Shown here: positions 27,149-36,623 of the stretch, in pieces
Numbering within the stretch: the stretch's first letter is position 1
Layout: the number at the start of each line of letters is the position of its first letter
Assembly (NCBI GenBank): GCA_045542275.1
Contig: JAZQKP010000014.1
Location: 524-64,523, forward strand
DNA: 64,000 nt
Direction of reading: 5' to 3'
From: Eubacteriales bacterium
GTDB lineage: Bacteria > Bacillota > Clostridia > Oscillospirales > CAG-272
Position numbers and translations under genes: made by a program
The notes under the pieces: model-generated
Told to the model about the DNA's origin: nothing
Seen by the model: the letters and a program-made list of their open reading frames with translations, nothing else
Databases searched by the model: none

Positions 27149-28162
27149 TTAGAACTGCTCAAGAAAACGTACATTGTTTTCGTAAAGCAATCTCATATCG
27201 TCAATGCCGTACTTACACATAACGATTCTTTCAATACCCATACCGAAGGCAAAGCCTGAATATACCTCAGGGTCAATGCCACAGTTACGAAGCACGTTGG
27301 GGTGTACCATACCTGCGCCAAGAATTTCAATCCAACCCTCGCCCTTACAGAGACGACAGCCCTTACCACCACATACAAAGCAAGAAACGTCTACCTCAGC
27401 AGAAGGCTCTGTAAACGGAAAATGGTGGGGACGGAAGCGAACCCTTGTATTATCACCGAACATTGTCTTAGCAAAGGTTTCAAGCATACCGCGAAGGTCG
27501 CCCATTGTAATATTCTTATCAACTACAAGACCCTCAAGCTGATGGAACAAGGGGGAGTGGCTACCGTCAACCTCGTCAGAACGGTATACTCTACCGGGAG
27601 AGATAATTCTGATAGGGGGCTGCTGCTTCTCCATTACACGTGCCTGAACAGGTGATGTCTGGGAACGAAGAAGAATATTGTCTGTGATATAGAAGGTATC
27701 CTGTGTATCTCTTGCAGGATGATTTTCCGGAATGTTAAGAGCCTGGAAGTTATAGTAGTCATACTCTACCTCGGGACCCTCTGCGATTGAGAAGCCCATA
27801 CCGATAAAGATGTCCTCCATTTCTCTCTGTACCTTTGTTAAGGGATGAAGCTTACCTATCTGCTTCTTGTTACCGGGTACTGTAACGTCAAGAGTTTCCT
27901 TAACAAGTGCCTCTTCAAGCTTCTTCTTGCTCTGCACCTCTACAAGCTCAGCAATTTTAGCCTCAATAGCACCTCTTACCTCGTTTGCCATCTGACCTAC
28001 AACAGGTCTTTCCTCAGCACTAAGCTTACCCATCATACGGAGAACTGATGTAAGCTCACCCTTTTTACCGAGATATTTGATTCTTATCTCTTCAAGGTTA
28101 CAGTCCTCGCTTGAAAGAGCCGCTAAGGCCTCGGCTTTGATTTTTTTCAAAGTTTCTTTCAT
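27149..28162 (-). CDS. pheS: phenylalanyl-tRNA synthetase alpha subunit
   Basis: Class II motifs ([11 protein letters not shown]; [16 protein letters not shown]; [11 protein letters not shown]). Confidence 0.94.
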   Translation of the reverse strand: MKETLKKIKAEALAALSSEDCNLEEIRIKYLGKKGELTSVLRMMGKLSAEERPVVGQMANEVRGAIEAKIAELVEVQSKKKLEEALVKETLDVTVPGNKKQIGKLHPLTKVQREMEDIFIGMGFSIAEGPEVEYDYYNFQALNIPENHPARDTQDTFYITDNILLRSQTSPVQARVMEKQQPPIRIISPGRVYRSDEVDGSHSPLFHQLEGLVVDKNITMGDLRGMLETFAKTMFGDNTRVRFRPHHFPFTEPSAEVDVSCFVCGGKGCRLCKGEGWIEILGAGMVHPNVLRNCGIDPEVYSGFAFGMGIERIVMCKYGIDDMRLLYENNVRFLEQF

Positions 28163-28190
28163 ATTTATTACCTCACATAAAAATTTACAA

Positions 28191-28449
28191 AAATAAAAAA
28201 TCCCCGTCTAAAAGACAGGGACGAACAAACAAATTTGCCCGTGGTACCACCCACATTCGATGCATTGCATCCTCAGAAGCGAAAACTCCTTATGTCTGTA
28301 ACGGGACAAGCCGTATCTGTCTACTTGGTTTCAACAAATCTGCTCCAAAGGGAAACGCAATTAGCAAGCGAACAAAATATCTCTCAGCCACGGATATTCT
28401 CTCTTTCTGTACGCTAAACTGCCAAAAGCAACTTTTTCATAGCATTTAC
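28191..28449 (-). promoter_or_regulatory. T-box leader controlling pheST
   Basis: On the minus strand: GAATGTGGGTGGTACCACGGGC T-box core, AGAGAG and GGCUGAGAG stem I elements, and a terminator TCCCTGTC-tttta-GACGGGGA plus U-run (28191-28224). Candidate UUC specifier at 28370-28372. Confidence 0.85.
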
Positions 28450-28455
28450 TGCTAC

Positions 28456-28484
28456 ATTCTAACATAACTTCACATAAAAATCAA
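28456..28484 (-). promoter_or_regulatory. sigma-A promoter of the pheST leader
   Basis: On the minus strand: TTGATT, 17-nt spacer, TGtTAGAAT. Confidence 0.55.
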
Positions 28485-28618
28485 GATATAAAATATGTTT
28501 TTCAAAATATTTTTTTGCTATCTTCATAAAAATATCACAAAAATATTGTAGAATTTTATTGTAAGGTAATCTAAAAGGGTTACACTATCTTTTACAAATG
28601 ATATTTGGAAGGTTTTTT

Positions 28619-29842
28619 ATGTCTGACTATATTTATAATAATTATTCAAATCAAAACGATAACGGCTACGACCCTGAAATCAAGCCCCCTAAGAAATCGG
28701 GTGGTAAGGGTATTATCGCCCTTCTCTGCGCCGTATGTATAATCGGCTCAGGTATTATGGGCGGAATTATCGGTGTTAATTTTGCATCAGGTTCAGGTGA
28801 TTCAACAGGTGACCCTGTGCGTGTGGACAGCTATATATTTTCTGCCCCATCAATCACAAACACAAGTAATGTAATTGACCCCGATATTCTTGCAAACGGC
28901 GGCAAGCTTACAGTTGCCCAAACTGCAGCACTTGCAGCGCCTACCGTAGTTGAAATTAAGACAACCTATGTTGTACAGTCATACTTCCAGTATGTAACAG
29001 GTGGTGCGGGAAGCGGTGTTATAATCGGAAAATACTCTATTGAGGGAACCCCCTCGGGATATTATGTAGTTACAAATGCCCACGTAATCCAAAATTCCAA
29101 CGGTGGAATTGTAGATGCAACAGGCATTACGGTAACAACAAATACAGGTAAGGAATATGCAGTTGCCAAGGTTGTGGGATATGATACAATCGGCGATCTT
29201 GCAGTTCTTATGGTTAACACCACGGATGAGCTGCCTATTGCTCCTCTTGGAGACTCTGACACACTTATTATCGGTGAAGAGGTTGTGGCAATCGGTAACC
29301 CTCTTGGAGAGCTTGGCGGTACGGTTACAAACGGCATAATCAGCGCTCTTGACCGAGAAATCGACGTTGACGGTAACAAAATGAACCTTTTGCAGACAAA
29401 TGCTGCCATAAATCCCGGAAATTCCGGTGGAGGACTTTTCAATCTTCGCGGTGAGCTTATCGGTGTTGTAAATGCCAAATCCTCAGGCTCCGGCATTGAG
29501 GGACTTGGCTTTGCTATTCCTGCTAACGATGTTGAAAACGTGGTAAATAACCTTATTGAGTTTGGATATGTCAAGGGCAGACCCTATGTTGGCATAACCG
29601 TTGCCACCGATAATTATTCAAGAGTTTATGTCTACTCTCTTGAAAAGAATTACAACGACGGTGTGCTTCAGGTACATGACCAGATTCTTGAAGCAAACGG
29701 CAAGGCAATTACATCAAATAAGGACTTTAATGCAATTATTCAGCAGTGTAAGCCCGGAGATACAGTAGAGCTTCTTATTAAGAGAAACCGTACCACAGTA
29801 AATGTGACAATTACAGTTTTTGAAAAAAAGGCAGCAAAATAG
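28619..29842 (+). CDS. htrA: HtrA/DegP-family serine protease with a C-terminal PDZ domain
   Basis: N-terminal TM. Catalytic His (TNAHVI), Asp (GDLAVL) and Ser (GNSGGGLFN), followed by a PDZ-like tail. Start is either 28619 or 28598. Confidence 0.88.
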   Translation: MSDYIYNNYSNQNDNGYDPEIKPPKKSGGKGIIALLCAVCIIGSGIMGGIIGVNFASGSGDSTGDPVRVDSYIFSAPSITNTSNVIDPDILANGGKLTVAQTAALAAPTVVEIKTTYVVQSYFQYVTGGAGSGVIIGKYSIEGTPSGYYVVTNAHVIQNSNGGIVDATGITVTTNTGKEYAVAKVVGYDTIGDLAVLMVNTTDELPIAPLGDSDTLIIGEEVVAIGNPLGELGGTVTNGIISALDREIDVDGNKMNLLQTNAAINPGNSGGGLFNLRGELIGVVNAKSSGSGIEGLGFAIPANDVENVVNNLIEFGYVKGRPYVGITVATDNYSRVYVYSLEKNYNDGVLQVHDQILEANGKAITSNKDFNAIIQQCKPGDTVELLIKRNRTTVNVTITVFEKKAAK

Positions 29843-29901
29843 CTTCTCTTTTTTAATCTAAAAAGCAGCAATACCCTGTGTTGTTGCATTTTTGATATAT
29901 A

Positions 29902-29931
29902 TTGACAAACGATTTGCTTTTATGATATTAT
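29902..29931 (+). promoter_or_regulatory. sigma-A promoter of the third RR/HK operon
   Basis: TTGACA (29902-29907), 18-nt spacer, TGaTATTAT. A TTGATA hexamer lies 10 bp upstream (29892-29897). Confidence 0.5.
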
Positions 29932-29949
29932 TTTTATGAGGTGATGACA

Positions 29950-30645
29950 ATGTATAAAATTTTAGTAGTTGACGATGAAGAAATGATAAGAAAGCTTATC
30001 CGTAAATATGCAGAATTTGACGGACACAAGATAGTTGAAGCTGTAGACGGAATGGATGCTATAACAAAGTTCAGAAGCGAAAGTTTTGATATTATAATTA
30101 TGGATATTATGATGCCTGAGCTTGACGGCTTTACCGCATGCCGTGAAATCAGAAAGACATCCGATATTCCTATTATTATGCTCTCTGCCCGTGGAGAGGA
30201 ATACGATAAAATCAACGGATTTGAAATAGGTATTGATGACTATGTTGTTAAGCCCTTTTCACCAAAAGAGCTTATGCTCAGAATAGATGCAATTATGAAG
30301 CGCGCAAAGTCTACCCCTGTTAAGGAAGAAAATAAAAATGAGGTTGTTTCTATTGCAAACGGTGGCATTGTTGTTGATTTTACAGCAAGAATTGTCTACC
30401 GTGACGGAGAAAGAATCGATATGTCCCCTAAGGAATACGATCTTTTCTTCTATATGATAAAAAATAAGAATATTGCTCTTTCACGTGACAAGCTTCTTTC
30501 CGATGTATGGGGCTATGATTTCTTCGGTGATGACAGAACACTTGATACTCACATCAAAATTCTCAGAAAGAGCCTTGGCAAGTATAATGACCTTATTGTA
30601 ACAATTCGCGGCGTAGGCTACCGATTTGAGGATAAGTATGAATAA
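29950..30645 (+). CDS. OmpR-family response regulator
   Basis: Receiver (ILVVDDEE; IIIMDIMMPELDG; VKPF) plus winged helix (SPKEYDLFFYMI; GVGYRF). GAGGTGA RBS before ATG 29950. Confidence 0.9.
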   Translation: MYKILVVDDEEMIRKLIRKYAEFDGHKIVEAVDGMDAITKFRSESFDIIIMDIMMPELDGFTACREIRKTSDIPIIMLSARGEEYDKINGFEIGIDDYVVKPFSPKELMLRIDAIMKRAKSTPVKEENKNEVVSIANGGIVVDFTARIVYRDGERIDMSPKEYDLFFYMIKNKNIALSRDKLLSDVWGYDFFGDDRTLDTHIKILRKSLGKYNDLIVTIRGVGYRFEDKYE

Positions 30646-32107
30646 TCATAATAAGGCGCCCAGCATACGATCCCGAATTATTTTCGCAATGCTGATACTT
30701 ATTGCGGTTATGCTGATTATCCTTTGGATAACCCAGACTGCCCTACTTAGCGGAATATACCAGTACATTAAGATCAATGATATGGATCAGGTTGCCGAGC
30801 TTATAAATGATAACGTAGATAATGATAATTTCGCTGCTCTATTTGACAGAATTTCCATACAGCATGAAACCTGTATGATAATGGTGAATATGTCGAATGA
30901 TGAGGAGATTATATATAACTGTCACTCTCTGAATGACTGTATAATACATAAGCTACCCGTTAATACCATTATTGATAACTGGTATATGGATGCTGTAAAA
31001 AATGACGGGCAGCTTATTAAGATAATTTCCCGTGAGGAATTCAGAGATAATTACTACAATCCCAGCTATTATAACGGCAGCGCTCCCTCCGTAAGCAGCC
31101 CTGCCAACTGTATTCTTACAGTAAATGTTACAACCACACAAGAGGGAGAAACCCTTGTATATGTGCTTAACTCATCTATAGAGCCTGTAACAGCGACGGT
31201 TCGTACTCTTCGCTTTCAGCTTGTGTTGATTTCAATTCTTATGGGTGGAGTTACAGCAATTATTTCCTTTTTCCTTTCAAAAAGAATTGCATCTCCTATT
31301 GTTAATATGAGCGCAGATGTTAAAAAGCTTGCCCTTGGCAACTACAATGTAAAGTTTGAGGAAACAGGCACAGAGGAAACCGTAGAGCTGGCAAGAACGC
31401 TTAACCATATGACTGAGGAGCTATCAAAGGTTGATAAGCTGCAAAAGGAGCTTATCGCCAATATTTCTCACGACCTACGCACACCCCTTACTATGATATC
31501 GGGATACAGTGAGGTTATGCGTGATATTCCCGGTGAAAACACCCCTGAAAATATGCAGGTAATTATTGATGAGGCGGCAAGGCTTTCTTCTCTTGTAAAT
31601 GATTTGCTTAATGTTTCTAAGCTGCAAAACGGCACTCAGACCCTTAATCAGCAAAGAATGAACCTTACAGAATGTATAAGAAATACTATAACAAGATATG
31701 ACCATCTTATATCTCATGATGGATATAACATTGAATTCGAATATGCAAAAGATGTTTATATCTATGCCGACGAAATTCGTGTGCTTCAGGTTATATACAA
31801 TCTTATCAACAATGCTATCAATTACACGGGTGACGATAAAAGGGTTACTGTCCGTCAGGAGATAAACGGCGATACGGTAAAGATACTTGTGATTGATACA
31901 GGCTGTGGTATAAGTGAGGAGGATCTTCATCTTATCTGGGACAGATACTATAAGGTCGATAAGGTTCATACAAGAGCCAAGGTGGGCACAGGACTTGGTC
32001 TGTCTATTGTAAAGAATATTCTTAAGCTTCACAACTGTCGCTTTGGTGTATCAAGTGAGCTTGGTAAGGGTAGCACCTTCTGGTTTGAATTCAAAACAAT
32101 TGAATAA
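30638..32107 (+). CDS. sensor histidine kinase (extracytoplasmic loop of about 165 aa, HAMP, HisKA, HATPase)
   Basis: H-box SHDLRTPL; N/G boxes NLINNAINYT, DTGCGI, GTGLGL. Start overlaps the RR stop. Confidence 0.88.
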   Translation: MNNHNKAPSIRSRIIFAMLILIAVMLIILWITQTALLSGIYQYIKINDMDQVAELINDNVDNDNFAALFDRISIQHETCMIMVNMSNDEEIIYNCHSLNDCIIHKLPVNTIIDNWYMDAVKNDGQLIKIISREEFRDNYYNPSYYNGSAPSVSSPANCILTVNVTTTQEGETLVYVLNSSIEPVTATVRTLRFQLVLISILMGGVTAIISFFLSKRIASPIVNMSADVKKLALGNYNVKFEETGTEETVELARTLNHMTEELSKVDKLQKELIANISHDLRTPLTMISGYSEVMRDIPGENTPENMQVIIDEAARLSSLVNDLLNVSKLQNGTQTLNQQRMNLTECIRNTITRYDHLISHDGYNIEFEYAKDVYIYADEIRVLQVIYNLINNAINYTGDDKRVTVRQEINGDTVKILVIDTGCGISEEDLHLIWDRYYKVDKVHTRAKVGTGLGLSIVKNILKLHNCRFGVSSELGKGSTFWFEFKTIE

Positions 32108-32151
32108 CATTATGAAAATCTTCATTTCGAAGATTGAATGTGAAGAAAAAT

Positions 32152-32205
32152 AAAACCACTCAAGTGAAGTGAACCCCATTTAGTTCACAAGCTAGTGGTT
32201 TTTAT
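32152..32205 (+). terminator. intrinsic terminator after the kinase gene
   Basis: Outer stem AAAACCACT...AGTGGTTTT with an inner GTGAAC/GTTCAC hairpin, followed by TTTATTTTT. Confidence 0.6.
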
Positions 32206-32282
32206 TTTTACTATTGACATTAACGTAACGTCAAGTGCTATACTTAATAGAAAGAGGCTTCTCTTTCCTATTTTTGATAATA

Positions 32283-32305
32283 TTTTGACAGCTTTAGTGT
32301 CAAAA
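32283..32305. promoter_or_regulatory. 8-bp-arm inverted repeat (candidate operator) upstream of the LRR lipoprotein gene
   Basis: TTTTGACA-gctttag-TGTCAAAA, 8 nt upstream of the predicted -35. Confidence 0.4.
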
Positions 32306-32312
32306 AAATATG

Positions 32313-32341
32313 TTGAATACTGATATAAAATATGATAAAAT
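32313..32341 (+). promoter_or_regulatory. sigma-A promoter of the LRR lipoprotein gene
   Basis: TTGAAT, 17-nt spacer, TGaTAAAAT. Confidence 0.5.
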
Positions 32342-32419
32342 ATATATATCGCACGTGACGTACACTATATCTTTATTGTTATATAAAGTAGAAGGATACA
32401 CAAATTAAAGGAGAAAAGC

Positions 32420-35400
32420 ATGAAAAAAATAATACTGTTATCACTTGTAATTATTCTGTGCTTAGTTACTGTCTCTACATCGCTTATATCTTGTGGTGAC
32501 GATACTACAGATACAACAACTACGCCTGTTGCCGATGACGGAAGCAGCATAGGTCTTGAATTCACCTTAAATGAGGACCAGTCCTCCTACACGGTTAAGG
32601 GAATCGGTACCTGCGCAGATACAGATGTTGTTATTCCAAGCATACATGAGTCCTTACCTGTTACAGCTATTGCTTCCAACGCATTTAAAGGCTGCGATAA
32701 GCTTACAAGCGTGACTATTCCAGGTACTGTTGTATCCGTCGGTGCTGCTGCATTTCAGGGCTGTACCGGTGTTATAAAAAATGAGTATGGTATATCATAT
32801 GTTGACAAATGGGTAGTTGGCTGTGATAAAGAAACCACTACTACTATGCTTCGTAATGATACTGTAGGTATTGCAGATTCAGCATTTAACAACTGTACCC
32901 TTTTAACAAGCGCTACTCTTCCTGAGGGAATAAAATACATAGGCGCTTACGCATTTAGAAGCTGTACTGCCCTTATTGCTGTTTCAATTCCCGATAGCCT
33001 GATATATGTAGGTGAATCAGCATTTGAGCAGTGTAATGAGCTTACCAAGGTGAATATTAACGATATCAAGGCTTGGTGTAATATTACCTTTGTAAACGCT
33101 ACATCTAACCCTATGCAATATTCCGTCGGCTTTTACGTTAATGATGTGGAAATTACCGAGATTGTTATTCCCGACAGCGTTACCTCTATTGGTAATTATG
33201 CTTTTATAGGCTGTGATAAGCTTACAAGCATAACATTGCCTGATACTATTACAGATATCGGTACATCCGCTTTCCAAAACTGTCGTTCCCTTAAGAATAT
33301 AAATATTCCAAAGGGTGTTACATCAATTAGCAACTCTGCCTTTTACGGCTGCTCATCAATTTCAAGTATTACAATCCCTGACGGAGTTACCTCTATTGGC
33401 TTCGGTGCATTTCGTTTATGCTATAGTCTTACAAGCATTACTCTCCCCAACGGACTTTTATCTATAGGTGGTTATGCATTTTACGGCTGCACCACACTTG
33501 AAAGCATTACAATTCCCACAAGCGTTACAAACATAGGTGACAGCGCATTTCATTATTGCTACAAGCTAAAAAGCATTGTAATTCCAGACAGTGTAACAGC
33601 CCTCGGCTCTGCGGCATTCTGGAACTGCTCTGCCCTTGAAAGTGTTACTCTCAGTAAAAATATTACAAAGATCGGTGAATATACATTCCATTCCTGTACA
33701 TCACTTAAAAGCATTGTTATCCCCGATAGCGTTACTGCAATTGCCGATAACGCATTCCGTTCCTGCAATCATCTTGAGAACATAACTATCGGTAAAAATG
33801 TTACAGCAATTGGCAAGTCTGCATTTGAATATTGCACAGCTCTTAAATCAGCGACCATTCCAAACGGTGTTACATCTATCGGTGACCTTGCATTTAACAA
33901 CTGCTATGAGCTTGAAGCTGTTAATATTCCCGACAGCGTTACTACTATCGGCCCGTCCACCTTTAATGCGTGTATCGCAATTAAGGAAATTAACGTAGGC
34001 GAAAACAACACTGTTTATAAGTCAATTGACGGTAATCTTTATTCTAAAGACGGCACTACACTTATTAAGTATGCCGTAGGTAAAGAGGATAAAGAATTTA
34101 TCGCCCCCGACGGTGTTACAAGCATCGGCTCTTACGCTTTCTACGGTAGCTTATCTCTTGAGCAGCTCACATTACCGAGCAGCCTTAAAATTATAGACGA
34201 GTATGCATTCAACACCTGTCCTGAGCTTATTTCAATCAACATTCCCGAGGGTGTTACCGAAATAAGGAATAATGCATTCCAGAATTGTATCAAGCTTAGC
34301 GAAATTGTAATCGCTGACAGTGTTACTTCGTTAGGCGATAACGCATTTGTGGATTGTATTTCCTTATCTAAGATTACAATGGGTAACGGACTTACAACCA
34401 TCGGTACAAATGCATTTTATGATTGCCTTGCCCTTACAAGCATCAAGATACCTGCAAGTGTTACTACCATTGGATATGAGGCATTCTCTAATTGCTACAA
34501 GCTTGCTGAGGTATACAATTTCTCCTCTATTGATGTTGATATGTATTTCGCATATGAAAAGGTAATTCATACATCAGAGGAGGCTGAAAGTATACTTGAA
34601 AAGGTTGGAGATTATATCTTTATGACCTTAGACGATAAATACTATCTTATGGTTTACACAGGCACTGACACAGAGATTACACTTCCTGCAAGCTACAAGG
34701 ACAGTCCCTATGCCATATACAACTATGCATTCTTTAACAACACCTCAATAACAGGTATTACTGTTCCTGAGGGTGTTACAGCTATTGGCGAATACTCCTT
34801 CCAGGGCTGCACAGAACTTCTCAACGTAAGCTTGCCTAACGGTCTTAAGGAAATCGGCTTCGGCGCATTTTCAACCTGTACTGCTCTTACAAGCATTGAA
34901 ATTCCTTCAACCGTTACTTCAATTGGTAAATCTGCATTCTATGATTGTATAGCTCTTACTTCTGTTAACATTCCTGACGGTGTAACCTGTATCGATAATT
35001 ACACCTTTAAGGGCTGTACAGGGCTTACAGCCATTACAATTCCAAGTAGCGTTACCGATATTATGACTAACGCATTCCAGGATTGCACAGGACTTAAAAA
35101 AGTTATTATTTCCGACATTACTGCTTGGTGTAATATAGACTTTGAGGACGGAAAGGCTAACCCCTTATATTATGCAGAAAGCCTGTATATTGGAGATACT
35201 CTTGTTACTTCTCTTGAAATCCCATCAGGCATAACAGCAATCAAGGATTACACATTTATAAACTGCACTCCTCTTACAAGCGTTACACTCGGTGAGCAGA
35301 TTACATCAATTGGCCGTGAATCCTTTAGCATGTGCTCCTCACTTTCCGACATTACTCTTCCTAAAAATCTTAATTCTATCGGAAGAAATGCATTTTTATA

Positions 35401-35650
35401 CTGCAGCTCTCTTACCGAAATTACAATTCCTAAGAGTGTTACACGAATCGGCTCTCATGCATTCAACTTATGTGATGAACTTGTAAGTGTAATTTTTGAG
35501 AACACCACCGGTTGGTATACTTACAATTATTACGAGGAAACAAGAAACGATTTGAAGCCTGAGGATCTTGCCGACCCTGCCAAGGCATCTGCGTATTTAA
35601 GAGTTGACCACACTAATTGGAACTGGATATGCGACGATACAGCTGAATAA
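32420..35650 (+). CDS. BspA-like leucine-rich-repeat surface lipoprotein, 1076 aa
   Basis: Lipobox LISCG and a D/T-rich linker (DDTTDTTTTP). Long array of IPxSVTSIGxxAFxxCxxL repeats. Paralog of 18178-21729. Confidence 0.88.
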   Translation: MKKIILLSLVIILCLVTVSTSLISCGDDTTDTTTTPVADDGSSIGLEFTLNEDQSSYTVKGIGTCADTDVVIPSIHESLPVTAIASNAFKGCDKLTSVTIPGTVVSVGAAAFQGCTGVIKNEYGISYVDKWVVGCDKETTTTMLRNDTVGIADSAFNNCTLLTSATLPEGIKYIGAYAFRSCTALIAVSIPDSLIYVGESAFEQCNELTKVNINDIKAWCNITFVNATSNPMQYSVGFYVNDVEITEIVIPDSVTSIGNYAFIGCDKLTSITLPDTITDIGTSAFQNCRSLKNINIPKGVTSISNSAFYGCSSISSITIPDGVTSIGFGAFRLCYSLTSITLPNGLLSIGGYAFYGCTTLESITIPTSVTNIGDSAFHYCYKLKSIVIPDSVTALGSAAFWNCSALESVTLSKNITKIGEYTFHSCTSLKSIVIPDSVTAIADNAFRSCNHLENITIGKNVTAIGKSAFEYCTALKSATIPNGVTSIGDLAFNNCYELEAVNIPDSVTTIGPSTFNACIAIKEINVGENNTVYKSIDGNLYSKDGTTLIKYAVGKEDKEFIAPDGVTSIGSYAFYGSLSLEQLTLPSSLKIIDEYAFNTCPELISINIPEGVTEIRNNAFQNCIKLSEIVIADSVTSLGDNAFVDCISLSKITMGNGLTTIGTNAFYDCLALTSIKIPASVTTIGYEAFSNCYKLAEVYNFSSIDVDMYFAYEKVIHTSEEAESILEKVGDYIFMTLDDKYYLMVYTGTDTEITLPASYKDSPYAIYNYAFFNNTSITGITVPEGVTAIGEYSFQGCTELLNVSLPNGLKEIGFGAFSTCTALTSIEIPSTVTSIGKSAFYDCIALTSVNIPDGVTCIDNYTFKGCTGLTAITIPSSVTDIMTNAFQDCTGLKKVIISDITAWCNIDFEDGKANPLYYAESLYIGDTLVTSLEIPSGITAIKDYTFINCTPLTSVTLGEQITSIGRESFSMCSSLSDITLPKNLNSIGRNAFLYCSSLTEITIPKSVTRIGSHAFNLCDELVSVIFENTTGWYTYNYYEETRNDLKPEDLADPAKASAYLRVDHTNWNWICDDTAE

Positions 35651-35652
35651 AC

Positions 35653-35688
35653 AAAAAAAGAATTCCGATTTCTCGGAATTCTTTTTTT
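35653..35688. terminator. bidirectional intrinsic terminator
   Basis: AAAAAAAGAATTCCGA-tttc-TCGGAATTCTTTTTTT between convergent genes. Confidence 0.8.
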
Positions 35689-35690
35689 AT

Positions 35691-36623
35691 TTAAAATACA
35701 GTTTCAACAAGCTTTTTGCTGCCGTTTGGAGAATAACGCCAATAATCTATATGCTTTATTTTATCGGTATCAATAAAGTATGTTGGATGCTTAAGATTCG
35801 GGGTAAAATCGTAAGCATCAATAATTACAAGCTTAACCTTCATTTTTTCGGGGATTATGCTTTTTATGTAGACTGCACAGCACTGTCCCTCTGCAAGATC
35901 ATCTCTGTATTCGGCAAGACCGGCAAGATTAGGAGCAAGCTCCACGAAAATGCCGTAATCCTCTATACTTCTTACAACACCTGACACGGTTTGCCCGGGG
36001 GAAAACAGACGTGCGTTTTCCTCCCATGTGCCAAAAAGCTCTCTTGTAGATACATAAAGACGATTATTTTCACTATCTATGCTTTTTACAACCACCTTAA
36101 TTTCCTCACGTAAGAAAAATCTTTCCTGAGGTGTTGAAATACGGGATACGGAAACAGAATCAACAGTCATAAGGGATATAACTCCACAGCCTATATCCAT
36201 AAATGCACCAAAGGGCTCAAAATGAGTGATTCGAGCAGGGATTATATCTCCTGCTTTCAAGGTTGAAATATAATTTTCCATACATTCCCTTTGTGCTTCC
36301 TTTCGGGAAAGAATGGCTATGTATTTATCACTCTGACACTGTATCTCTGTAACCTTAAATGCAACAGGCTTACCTACCCTTGTAATTATGGCAATATCCT
36401 TGATTTCGTTGCCGTAAACAGTGTCCTCACGTTTTATAATACCGTCAATTCCACCTAAATCTATGTGAAGAGTATATGTGTCACTATCACATAAATTAAC
36501 CACTCCCTCAAGTATTTTACCCTCTTTCATAGCTTTTTCAAGACCTGCTACACTTGAAATATATTCTCTGTTTTCTGCTGTAGAGCAAAGTGCACCCTCC
36601 GGCAGATATTTATTATCTTGCAT
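35691..36623 (-). CDS. S1 RNA-binding domain protein (multiple S1 repeats)
   Basis: Repeated S1 OB-fold signatures (GDIIPARITHFEPFGAFMDIG; GQTVSGVVRSIEDYGIFVELA). GGAGGAAGG RBS. Confidence 0.75.
   Translation of the reverse strand: MQDNKYLPEGALCSTAENREYISSVAGLEKAMKEGKILEGVVNLCDSDTYTLHIDLGGIDGIIKREDTVYGNEIKDIAIITRVGKPVAFKVTEIQCQSDKYIAILSRKEAQRECMENYISTLKAGDIIPARITHFEPFGAFMDIGCGVISLMTVDSVSVSRISTPQERFFLREEIKVVVKSIDSENNRLYVSTRELFGTWEENARLFSPGQTVSGVVRSIEDYGIFVELAPNLAGLAEYRDDLAEGQCCAVYIKSIIPEKMKVKLVIIDAYDFTPNLKHPTYFIDTDKIKHIDYWRYSPNGSKKLVETVF

Noticed and set aside
28466-28538. Isolated copies of the element words (AACTTCAC at 28466-28473 in the pheS promoter spacer; AATATCAC at 28531-28538 upstream of htrA)
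   Set aside because: These are single 8-mers without the array or hairpin context. About one or two chance hits per 8-mer are expected in 64 kb on two strands.
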